Notes: generated by a model from the sequence alone, not told the origin. DNA of 31,295 nucleotides from Paraspadella gotoi (GCA_051294375.1 JBJCIZ010001363.1:2459-33753), one strand, 5' to 3'. Shown: positions 1 to 10,320, numbered from the stretch's first letter. A program made the numbers and translations.

Positions 1-780
1 CCTCAATCAGATTTTGCGTTAGACCTACGCACAATTGACCCGAAGTTGACGTTGACTACAACAGGGAATTTTTCTCTTTTCTTTAATTGCAAGATAAGAA
101 AATAGTTTTATAAAAATAATAATTGCCTAAATTTTAAGTTACTCTCATTATTTAATAAGTTTTACTTTAAAATTTTAAAAAAAGGTTCTTACCCATAGTG
201 GGCGTGTCCAAAACCGGAAATGACGCTCAAAAACTGATAAAATATGCGATATTAATACTTTTTGATCAACTATAAATATAATGTTTTTTTATTGACATAT
301 GATAGTTGTATCATAAAGAATTATCATATATATCATAAAAAACTATCATAGCTCTGAATAGACAAAAAAAATATTAGTTACAAAAGATTTGTTTCTTAGT
401 AACTGTTAAAATTCAGAATTAATATTATTTCTTTATTCGTTGTTGAAGAGACTTCATATGCACAGGAGATAATGATTTAGTATTAAGCATATAAACTTTT
501 TTTTGACAAGGAATAAAAAAATATTTAGTATAAAGAAATTCGTGGTGGGATTTATAAGTATAATTTTCTTACTTTTTTGCCAACATTTTGATTCTTATGA
601 ACTAATCATTTTTAAAGGCTGTCAAGAGTAAAAGTAAATTGTTCCAGAACAAGTTTGAGCAAACAATGTCGGATCTGCCTACGATAATTAATTAATTAAT
701 TATAAATAAATTATTAATTAATTATTAATTAATTATTAATAACTAATTATTAATAAATAATTATTATTAATTTATTAATT
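1..780 (-). repeat. Left arm of a long inverted duplication (partner ~6710-7490)
   Basis: 1-700 is the near-identical reverse complement of ~6790-7490, e.g. cccatagtgggcgtgtccaaaaccggaaatgacgctcaaaaactg vs cagtttttgagcgtcatttccggttttggacacg(ggat)cccactatggg. Differences are mostly small indels. The arm runs off the window start. Confidence 0.93.
648..780 (-). mobile_element. Family 1 HINE-like element, 3' terminal fragment
   Basis: aacaagtttgagcaaacaatgtcggatctgcctacgataat at 648-688 is the reverse complement of the Family 1 3' end (subTIR GCAGATCCGAC plus GTTTG-CT-CAAAC stem-loop), followed by the (TTAA/ATT)n tract that precedes the 3' end in other copies. Confidence 0.8.
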
Positions 781-1679
781 AATTCTGATATTTTTTTATG
801 AATTTTTTTATTACTGAATAGAAAAAATGTAATAGAGAACATTTTTAAATTTCACTTGTATCCTTGAAAAGAAACGGTTTTAAACTTTAACCCTGAATTC
901 CTTTTAACTGGAACGACGTTTATCAAAAATGCTCTCTTACATTTTTAAACAAATTTTTTAAGATGGCTTAATAAATTTTTAATTCATATTATTGCAGTCG
1001 TTTAGGCGCAACTCTTCAAATTCGGCAGTGTAGATTCATTGTAGCTCGATTTCTTTACCATCTATTTAACTGAGAAATTTTGTTCTGGACTTGGAAACCA
1101 ACAGAGTAACGGAGATTATATTGCTTAATTTTCCCCTTCCTAATTATCCCAATACCCCCGTTTTAATTCTACTAGAATTTTTTTAAAACCAGATTGAAAA
1201 CAAATCCTTTTAAAAAATTGTTGTCTTACCATTAACTTAACAATTTTGTTATTTACCATAAAATATGAACGGATGTTTACATATAAACAAGAACTTATTT
1301 TTTGTGATTACTGATGACTATAAGTATTTCTCGATATATTAAGCTCTAACACATCAATGATTAAGGTATTGTTTATGCTGAATGAAGTAGTTCAAGCAAC
1401 GATTTTCTTTAAACAGTAAAAGGTTTTTAGTCGGATTCTGCCTTATCAGCCAATCCCGACCTTATAACTCCACTTTTTTATAAACTCACCTTTTTTCGTC
1501 CGTCGGTCCGCCCCCCTCATATTGTCGGGCACACACTTATATCATGTCAGAACATCGAATTATGATAAATTATGCAAAAAAAAAATGATGTCCGTCCGTC
1601 CGTTCTGTCTGTCCGTCGTCCGTCCGTCCGTCCGTCCGTCCCACCTTAAGCAAAAAACACCAATTACTCGTGAGTGATG

Positions 1680-2540
1680 GATTGGATTTTAAAATGAAAT
1701 TTGTGTGTGGATAGGTAAGTGTGTGATTTGAGCTGGATACTAAGTTCGAATGGAATGCGTCCGAGTGGAATGAGTTAAATGGAAAAAAACAAAAAAATAT
1801 ATTCACTATTTGAATCACAATTGCCTCATGAGTGGATGGGCTGATTGACCTGGAATTTTGTAGTGGGTAGGAAAGTGTGTGACTGAACAGCGGAAATCCA
1901 AGTTTCGATGGAATGAGTTTGAGTGGAATTGAGTTTAATAGTGTTGTTAAAAACAACAAAACTTTACAATTGATATGCCTTCCTTTTATATTAAATGTAT
2001 CTGCAGATGTATAATAATCAAATAATTAATCAGTTAATTAATCAATTAGTAATAAATTAATCAATTTAATTAAATTATCAATCAATCCGTCCAATCCGTC
2101 CCATTCTTAGCAAAAAGCTCCAATAACTCGTGATTGGCTGGTTGCATTGGAATTAAATTTGGTGTGGGTAGAAAGTGTGTGATTTAGAGCGATATCAATC
2201 GATGGAATCGTTCTGAGTGAAATTAGTTTAAATGGAACAAAACATAGGTGCGAATTTACTAAATCTTTTTACATATTTTAACCAATAATACTCCAATTAT
2301 ATAATTGTGGAGTGATAAATTTTGTGTGTGGGTAGGAAAAGTATGACGAAGCTTTGATATAAAGTTTCAGTGGAAAACGTTACCAGTGGAAATTGAGTGT
2401 TAAATTGAAAAAATATGAGTCACATTTACTTGAATTCTTCTTTATTTATTTAACCGCATGATAGATTGAGATGAAATTTTGTTGAGCGGTAGGAAAGTGA
2501 GTGAAGAATCTAGATATAAAGTTTTGACGGAGCAAGTTGA
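1680..2540 (+). repeat. Central ~160-bp tandem units of Family 1
   Basis: The motif aaatt(t)tgtgtgtgggtagg..aagtgtgtga..aagtttcgatggaatcg..gagtggaaatgagtttaaatggaaaa recurs at ~1697, 1854, 2156, 2317 and 2473 (spacing ~156-161 within blocks), and in the other long copies. Confidence 0.85.
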
Positions 2541-2683
2541 ACAACAATGATGCAGTTGGAAAAAATGATGCAAGTTAAAAAAAATCTAATACAGCATAGG
2601 ATCCGTCCGCTATGCATAAAAAAGAGGAGAGAGAGAGAGAAAGAGAGAGGTGAGAGAGAAGAGAGAGAGTGAAGAGAAAGAGA

Positions 2684-2715
<32 letters not shown>

Positions 2716-2730
2716 CATAAAAATAAAAAA

Positions 2731-3180
2731 ATCTAAAAGACTCAAGACTCGAGCCAGAGCCCACTATCATAGAAAATTAATGAATAGAACGCCGTGGAAT
2801 AAAACGAATAATCATGCGATAACGATTGTTGATGTGACTAGTAAATTGATTGAGGTAATACTATTGATTTGATGTAATAAGTAATTTATTGAGTAATAGG
2901 AATTGATTATTGATTCGATATAAATCAAATTATGATGCGATGACTCCTAGTCATTCACTGCTGTCATTAAGTCATTAGGGCGCTGGATTGTCATTCATTG
3001 AATTCGATGAATGTCATTCATTGAATGCATGATAAGTCAATTAAACAACAATGCGTGTATGAGTGAAAGAGGTGATGAGACGAGAGAGGAGCGAGAGATG
3101 AGAGTAGAGAGAGAGAGAGAGATGAGAGAGAGAAGAAGATGAAAATGAAACGAGAAAGAGAGAAAAGAGAGAGAGAAGAA

Positions 3181-3215
<35 letters not shown>

Positions 3216-3667
3216 AAGAGAGAATAATCCACGAAAATCTTGGATGAAAAATGGGATTTTGGTATTGAAAAAAAGCGCGGAATAAATGGCAATAATAAAA
3301 AGTTTTTAAGAAGGAAACAAATAATCAGAATTTTTCAAAAAACAAACGATCACGCAAAAATCGACAGATAGGGACAGAACAGACAGAGAGACAGAGAGAC
3401 AGAGAGACAGAGAGAAAAGAGAGAGAGAAGAGACAGCCGCCTCAGAGAAAAAGAGACAGAGAAAGAGCGATTATATAATAATTAAAAGAGAGAGAGAGAA
3501 GAAAGCTCTACGCCCCTTTATCGTTAAAGATCAGCAGTACTTATGGCGCCGTCACGTAGCGTGAGCTATTGCTCTACTACCTCCAAAGGACCCGGGTTCC
3601 GCCCTGTTCGCGGGCATCGTTTTTTACATTAGTGAACCCAACATTATTATCTAAAAAATTTTTGTAA

Positions 3668-3710
<43 letters not shown>

Positions 3711-4011
3711 AGCTGGACAGACCTGCAGAGCCGGAACTTGTTTTTAGAAGAAGCAGTGACGGAGAAAAAGAGAGAGAGAGAGCGACATATAATTAAAACG
3801 TTTTTGTTTGGTAATTTAAACATAAACAAATACCAATATGATATGAAACATGAAGAATTTTAACGATCTTGATGATTAAGAAGCCATATATGAAAATTCA
3901 ACTCCCTATGATATACAACTTTCGAAGCCCATGAATGCAAAAAAGCGGACCGAAAGCTTAAACCGAAAAAAAATCTAGACGAGGACGGGCTTTGCCCGCC
4001 TGGCTCGATAA
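2731..4011 (-). mobile_element. Family 2 HINE-like element nested inside Family 1 copy A
   Basis: Inverted subterminal 9-mers tcgagccag (2749-2757) and ctggctcga (4000-4008); 5' hairpin cgggc-ttt-gcccg at 3986-3998. Removing it rejoins gagacataaaaat..|..atagaggaatatttg, which is contiguous in copy C (reverse complement of ~8490-8550). Internal blocks (ccacgaaaatct..gggatttt..aacgatcacgcaa) recur at ~23123, 24102, 24772 and 26680-26805 (reverse). Confidence 0.7.
3545..3625 (+). mobile_element. Possible degenerate tRNA-derived SINE head
   Basis: GC-rich ~80-bp island: ggcgccgtcacgtagcg (A-box-like), aaaggacccgggttccgccc (B-box-like, GGTTCG degenerate), then a T run at 3620-3625. No convincing cloverleaf. 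Confidence 0.3.
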
Positions 4012-5159
4012 TAGAGGAATATTTGTTTGTTTTGATAAAAATGTAAACAAACATTTAATAACTGTCCTGAACTCAATTTTAAGGACATCGATGATGACAA
4101 GCTGAATAAAATTATAATTAATCTATTAATTAAATTATTTAATCTATTTAATTAATGATTTAATCTATTATTAATTAATTAATCTATTAATTAATTAATT
4201 AATCAATTAATTAATTAATTATCGTAGCATAGATCCGACATTGTTTTGCTCAAACTTGGGGTTTTATTCATAGATCTGCTTATCAGCAGATCCCGACTCT
4301 ATAACTCACTTTGTCGGTCCGTCGGTCCGCCCCTCATATATCAATGTCAAACATCGATTATGAAAATTATGCAAAAAAAAGGCCAAGCCTCCGTCTCCAT
4401 CCCGTCCGTTCGTACCGTCCCCTTAGCAAGTTACGTCACTCACTTAAAAATTACTCGGATCTGTATGGATGGATTGGTATGAAATATTTGTGTGTGGGTA
4501 TGAAACTGTGTGATTGAAATGGATATGAAGTTCGAGGAATCGTGCGAGTGGAAATTGGTTTAAGTAGAAAAACAAAAATAATATTTCACTATTTGAACGC
4601 AATGGCTCATAGATGATAGGGGCAATTTGACTTGAAATTTGTATGATGGTAGGGAAGGGTTGTGATGAGCTGATAAAGTTTCGATGGAATCGTGCGAGTG
4701 GAAATGAGTTAAAGGAAAAAACAAAAACCGATGTTTCACATAAATTGATATGCTTCTTTCCTTTATATAAATGTATATAGCGTTGTTTAATAAATCAAAT
4801 AATTAATAGTTAATTTATCAATTAGATCAATTTTAATCAATAATATCATTAATCGCTTAGAATAAAGTTTTGAAGGAATGTGCCAGTGAATGAGTTTAAA
4901 ATGGAAAAATAATCAACAATTTACTGAATTTTATTAATTATGATATAATAAATAAGTTTTTAATTAATTAATTAATCTAATTATTAAGTGGATAAAATGT
5001 TGCAATTAAAAAAATTTATGAAAGTTGAAAAATGAATGGAAAGTGAAAAAAATGATGCAAGTTAAAAATTTAAAACATAAGATGTCTCCGCAAAAATTGG
5101 CATAATTGCGAACGAGAGAGAGAGAGCGAAGCAGAGAGAGAGAGCAGAAGAGAGAGAGA

Positions 5160-5490
5160 GGCGAAAAAAAGCAAATTAAAACCTGATGTTGCAAAGGAAA
5201 GTAACAATGCACGATATCGATGCAAAATTTTACGAGTTCAATCCTAGAATTCACATTTTTTTTTAACAAAACGCAGAAGAGAGAGAGAGAGATCGTTTTC
5301 GGACGAATCAGCAGCGGCAGCAGCAGAGACAGCAGAAAAAAGAAAAGAATCAAAGGCAGCAGCGCAGAAGCAGGCAGGAGAAAAGAGAGAAAAGAAAGAG
5401 GCCCTGCAGAGCTTCTGCAGACTCGTTTTTTCCCGATGAATAGCACTGGGGAAAAGGGAGAGAGATAGCTACATATAATTAAAAGAGAAA
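5160..5490 (-). mobile_element. Family 2-like internal fragment within copy B
   Basis: ctgcagagc..actcgtttttt and gagagatagctacatataattaaaagag resemble 3712-3800, 3465-3490 and 24490-24530. It sits after the (GA)n tract, the same position as the Family 2 insertion in copy A. Confidence 0.5.
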
Positions 5491-6344
5491 AATCAGTTAA
5501 TTAATCAATAATTAATTAATCAGCTCAATTTATATATCAATTAATTATCATCATCAATTTTATTTATCTATTAATTAATTATTTATCAATCAATTCATAG
5601 TATCTATATTTGATTATTCAATCAATCAATCAAGTCAATCATTATCGGCATTATTCCATCGTCACAATTGCTTTGTCATGGTTAGTGACGAAAATACTAA
5701 ACAAACATTTCAAATCAAATTAATCTAACTAATTGCCTAATTAATTGCTCATTGAGTGGATGGGGCATTGACCTAGAATTTTGTATGTGGGTAGGAAAAA
5801 AAAAGTGTGTGATTGAAGCAGGAAAACAAGTTTCGATGGAATGTTTGAGTGAAATGAGTTTAAATGGAAAAAACAAAAAAATTGATTTATGCTTCTTTTT
5901 CCTTTTATATTAAATGTATATGCAGGATGTATTTAATAAATCAAATAATTAATTAATTAATTAATAAATTAGTCAATTAATCATAATTATTAATCAGTCA
6001 ATTAATCGTCCATTGCCGTCCACCTTAGCAAAAAGCTCCAATAACTGTGATTGGCTGGTTCGAAATTTGTGGTTGGGGAGGAAATGTGTGACGAAGCTTG
6101 ATATAAAATTTCGGTGGAAACGTACGAGTGGAAATGAGTTTAAAATGAAAAAATATGAGTCACATTTACTTGAATCTTTTTTATTTATTTTTAACCATAA
6201 TAGATTGAGATGAAATTTTGTGAGCGGTAGGAAAAGTGTGAGAAAGAAGCCATGATATAAAGTTTTGACGGAATTCTGCAAGTGGAAATGACTTAAATGG
6301 ATTAATGATTACCAATAAATGTTTTAATTAATTAATTAATTAAT

Positions 6345-6540
6345 GTGAAAAATGATAGCAATTTAAAAAAATTATGCTACTTGAAAAAATGATGCAAGTG
6401 AAAAAATGAGCATTGAAAATATGCAAGTTGAAAGATGATTAGAAAGTTTGAAGAAAATGATGCAAATTGAAAAATGATGCAAATTGAAAAATGACGCAAA
6501 TTAAAAATGATGCAAGTTGAAAATGATGCAAGTTAAAAAA
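6345..6540 (+). repeat. ~17-18-bp minisatellite (AAAAATGATGCAAGTTG)n inside Family 1
   Basis: About 10 degenerate units. The same unit occurs at 2530-2580, 9841-9920, 13250-13540 (reverse), 15165-15360, 21700-21760 and 30740-30770 with variable copy number. Confidence 0.85.
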
Positions 6541-6573
6541 ATCTTAAAAGCAATCGTCGAAATTGCATAAAGA

Positions 6574-6611
<38 letters not shown>

Positions 6612-6843
6612 ATAAAATAAAATATAATTAATTAATTAATTAATTAATTAATAAATTAGTATAATTATTATTTAAATAATTATAATTAATAATAATTAAT
6701 TATAAAAATTAATTAATTAATAAATTAATAATAATTATTATTAATCAATTAGTTATTAAAATAATTAATAATTAATAATAATTTATTTATAATTAATTAA
6801 TTAATTATCGTAGGCAGATCGACATTGTTTGCTCAAACTTGTT

Positions 6844-7540
6844 CTGGAACAATTTACTTATTACTTCTTGACAGCCTTTAAAAAATGATTAGTTCATAAG
6901 AATCAAAATGTTGGCAAAAAAGTAAGAAAATTATACTTATAAATCCCACCACGAATATCTTATAATAAATATTTTTTTAATATCCTTGTTCAAAAAAAAA
7001 GTTTATATTGCTTAATACTAAAATCATACTCCTGTGCATATGAGTCTCTTCAACAACGAATAAAGAAATAATATTAATTCTTGATTTTAACAGTTACTAA
7101 GAAACAAAATCTTTTGTAACTAATATTTTTTTTGTCTATTCAGAGCTATGATAGTTTTTATGAATATATATGATAATTCTTTATGATACACATCAATGTC
7201 AATAAAAAACATTATATTTATAGTTGATCAAAAAAGTATTAATATCGCATATTTTATCAGTTTTTGAGCGTCATTTCCGGTTTTGGACACGGGATCCCAC
7301 TATGGGTAAGAACCTTTTTTTAAAATTTAAAGTAAAACTTATTAAAATAATGAGAGTAACTTAAAATTTAGGAATTATTTTTATAAAACTATTTTCTTAT
7401 CTTGCAATTAAAGAAAAGAGAAAATCCTGTTGTAGTCAAACGTCAACTTCGGGTCAATGTGCGTAGGTCTAACGAAAATTCGATTTGAGGACACCTTGTT
7501 AATCGTTTTAGCACTTAAAATTATACTAGAAACTGTACAG
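6844..7540 (+). repeat. Unclassified interspersed repeat (right arm of the inverted duplication; diverged copy at ~16400-16750)
   Basis: Reverse complement of 1-647. Shares atttccg(g)ttttgg(g)acac, ttgtagtc, tgtgcgtaggt, gacacctt and agcacttaaaattata with 16500-16740. Confidence 0.75.
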
Positions 7541-7544
7541 GATG

Positions 7545-7610
7545 GTAAATGCTGATGAGGCTTGAATCCAACAAGCCGAAACATGTCCGTCTCCTAATAA
7601 AAATCGTTGT
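7545..7610 (+). ncRNA. Minimal type I hammerhead ribozyme motif (Penelope-like element type)
   Basis: CTGATGA (7552-7558), helix II GGCTTG/CAAGCC (7559-7564/7572-7577), GAAA (7578-7581), palindromic ACATGT helix III, GTC cleavage triplet ending 7587, followed by AATAAA. Helix I is weak (atg/cgt, then agga/tcct). Confidence 0.75.
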
Positions 7611-7667
7611 TAACAATTTCTCAAATCTTGCTTTCTCTATGATATAAAAATATATTTTTTATATCAC

Positions 7668-8314
7668 TGTTTTGTGCCAAAGCATGCAGAATCTCATGAA
7701 AAACATGACCAAACCACAAGAGTTCCGGGGTTCTTAGCCGGTGGTTCGCCTAGAGTAAAGGGACGGGTAGCATTAACCCCCACGTGTAACAAGCAAATGA
7801 TTCGAGCTCGAGGGACTGCTAGTATTGACGTTCTGTCATTAAACACATATCGATATATTACTGTCTCATTCATTAGGTGAGCCGCGACTTCCGAACACAA
7901 CAAAGAAACACACAACATTTCAGCCGCGACATGACTCAACCTGGCGAAGCCCACATATTCCGACCAACAAACACCATAGGCAACAATGCCATCTGAACTT
8001 CGCGAACAAACCTTTCCACAAGAAGCACAAACAATTCACTAACGCAACAATTTACGGGAGAGGGGGATGTATGGTGGATTGAAAATCCACTACCTTCATT
8101 CAGCGGCGCATTGGTGCTGGAGGCAAGTCATTATCGCCTCCCAACCCAAAGTCCGGGGTTCTAAGCCTGGTGGCGTCTAAGCAGTTTAAGAGGCGACGGG
8201 GCGCTTAAAGCCCGCATGTTAACATGGTGTTACAGCCCTGAATCGAAAGCTCAGGACTGCTTATATTTGAAGCGGTTCTGTCATTAACATTATCAATTAT
8301 CACTGTCTCTGTCA
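7668..8314 (+). mobile_element. Candidate miniature non-autonomous LTR retroelement (TRIM-like)
   Basis: Degenerate direct repeats ~7709-7872 and ~8141-8314, both ending ctgtctc..tca. PBS-like aggtgagccgcgac (7875-7888) two bases after the first CA. Polypurine tract gggagaggggga (8056-8067) immediately followed by TG (8068). ATTAAA at 7838-7843. The 5' boundary and TSD are uncertain. Confidence 0.55.
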
Positions 8315-8319
8315 ATACG

Positions 8320-8606
8320 AAATCAATTAATTAATTAATTAATAGAATTAGATTAATATAATAAATTTTTATAATAATTATTAATTAACATTACATAGAT
8401 TTATTAAATTAAAATTTTAATAACTATAATTATAATTTTATCAGCTTCGTCATCATCATGTCTTAAATGAGAAGTCAGGCAAGTTATTAAATGTTTTGTT
8501 TGCATATTACAAAAACAACAAAATATCCTCTATATAGTTATTTTATGTCTCCTCTCTTCTATCTCTCATCTCATTTTTTATCTCTCCACTCTTCTATCTG
8601 CTTTCA

Positions 8607-8637
<31 letters not shown>

Positions 8638-9841
8638 ACTCCCACACCCCGCCCACCACAAACGTTAATCTACTACTCATTCTCCTACTCATCTGTCTCT
8701 TCTATCGATTATTAACGCCGATCGAATCCTTATGCTTTCAAGAATTATTTAACTGCATCTTTTTTCACTTGCATTCCGTCAAACTTTATATCTAGCTACT
8801 CATTTCCTAACAAAAAAAAGCTCACAAATCCCTTTATCCTACTCAAGAGCCTCAATAACAATGGTTATGTAAATCTATTGATTGGGTAATATAGAATAGT
8901 ATTTAAATTCGGTTAAAAATAAATAAAGATTTATAAGTAACAACTGCAGACTTACTAGTTTCTTCCACCTCTAAAAACATTCTTGCATCACCCATTTACA
9001 TTCCACGAAACCCTTATAAATCCAGCTTTATCACACACTTTACTACCCAAACAAACGAAATAAATTAACAATCCCACACCACAGGCCAAGTACGAGATTA
9101 TTCGAGCTTTTGCTCAAGGTGGGAACGGATGAAACGACCGATTGATTGACACTAATTTGAATTAATTATTGATTACATTTATTTACTAATGAATTATTAA
9201 TGATTTTATTCTGATTTAAATACTATCTGACATATGACAATTTAATATAAAAGGAAAAAGAAGCATAATAATTAGTAAACATTTTTTGGATTTTTTTTTT
9301 CCCATTTAAACCGCATTTCCACTTCAAACTAATCTTCAATCGCAATTGATTCCCTGTTATCAAACAGACACTTCACTACCGACACATACTAAATTTCCAG
9401 GTCAATCAGCCGCATCCACTCATGAGCAATTGGTGTTGCAAATAGTGAATGTATTTTTTTGGTTTTTTCCATTTAAAAACTCCATTTCACTCGGACGATT
9501 CCATCGAAACTTCATATTCAGTAACTCACACACTTACCCTACCGACACAACAGAATTCATACCAATCAATCCAATCACAGAGATAATTGGAGTTTTTTGC
9601 TATAAGGTGGGACGCGACGGACGGACGGACGGAACGGATCGGAGGGACGGACGGAGAGACAGACCAGACCACGACAGACAGACAGACGGACACCAATTTT
9701 TTCTTTGACATAATTTATCAATAATTCGCTGTTCTGAGATACTGATAAAGTTAGTGCCGCCAGATATTGAGGGGTGGACCAACGGCCGACAAAGTGAATA
9801 TATAGAGTCGGGATCTTGCTGATAAGCAGAACACGACTAAA
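8320..9841 (-). mobile_element. Family 1 HINE copy C (3' terminus not recognisable)
   Basis: The reverse strand begins tttagtcgtgttctgcttatcagcaagatcccgactctata. (GGAC)n at ~9610-9690, internal units, (TC)n at ~8550-8640, and the block matching 4050-4120 at ~8430-8495. Confidence 0.8.
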
Positions 9842-10070
9842 TGATGCAAGTTTGAAATGAATAGAAAAGTTTTAAAAATTATGCAGTTTGAAAAATATGC
9901 GATAAAAAAAGTGCAAGTGGAAAGAATAATAATAGTTAAAAAAAATTTTTTTGTACTTTATTTGTAATATATTATACTATTATTTATTTATTTATATTTT
10001 TATTTGATTTTATTTCCCTTTTACCGCATTAATTATGTGGGCGAGATCCGACATTGTTTTGCTCAACTTG
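9841..10070 (+). mobile_element. Family 1 3' fragment abutting the 5' end of copy C
   Basis: Minisatellite units, then ttaccgcattaattatgtgggcgagatccgacattgttttgctcaacttg (10021-10070). Confidence 0.7.
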
Positions 10071-10164
10071 ATGAATTCCAAATTAAATAGCTGGGCGCGG
10101 TTAAATTTATACTAAACAGTTTTCAATAATGTAAATCTTCTCTTTCAGTTTGCAAGGGATTTCA

Positions 10165-10320
10165 AGAAATAATAATTAGTATTATTTTTATTTAAAATTC
10201 TTCTAGTAAACTTACTGAAAGGTAAGAGGAAACTGTTATCTAAAAACGGTGAGTTTAAAAAATCTAATGAGGGGCATTTTCGAATTTCTGCTATCTAATC
10301 GATTAATATAAAATTCACCC
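10165..10320 (+). repeat. Diverged fragment related to the interior of the TIR element at 20140
   Basis: aataataattagtattatttttatttaaaattc..acttactgaaa..atctaaaaa..gattaatataaaatt parallels 20175-20345. Confidence 0.5.

Larger units (their letters stand above)
1424..4258 (+). mobile_element. Family 1 Helentron/DINE-1-like non-autonomous element (HINE), copy A, with nested insertion
   Basis: 5' tttttagtcggattctgcc-ttatca-gccaatcccgac (subTIR plus inverted copy), (GTCC)n at ~1589-1641, ~160-bp internal units, (GA)n at ~2623-2715, AT-rich tract, 3' agatccgacattgttttgctcaaacttg at 4231-4258. No TSD, T-rich junctions. Matches the established DINE-1/HINE layout. Confidence 0.8.
4262..6843 (+). mobile_element. 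Family 1 HINE copy B (composite, head-to-tail with copy A)
   Basis: Starts immediately after the 3' end of copy A: ttttattcatagatctgcttatcagcagatcccgactctataactcactttgtcggtccgtcgg. Two passes through the internal units separated by a Family 2-like piece. Ends ggcagatcgacattgtttgctcaaacttgtt at 6843. Confidence 0.8.

Noticed and set aside
1311-1345. CTGATGA at 1312 (also CTGAAGA near 12409, 12553 and reverse 28494)
   Set aside because: No helix II plus GAAA..UH arrangement follows.
1570-1959. 129-aa ORF and similar ORFs at 9346, 16957 and 29861
   Set aside because: They are translations of Family 1 non-coding repeats ((GTCC)n gives GRTDGRT); frames are not conserved between copies.
5220-5468. 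Repeated peptide ...KERKERGPAELLQTRFFPMNSTGEKGER (also 14051-14299)
   Set aside because: Identity reflects DNA duplication; the upstream parts differ by frameshifting indels and the sequence is GA-rich low complexity.
6345-6540. CRISPR-like array
   Set aside because: Units are contiguous with no unique spacers, there are no cas genes, and the context is eukaryotic; it is a minisatellite.
7735-7815. tRNA/SINE reading of the 7709/8141 direct repeat
   Set aside because: A and B boxes are poor; the PBS-like motif, PPT and TG..CA ends explain the repeat better as LTRs.
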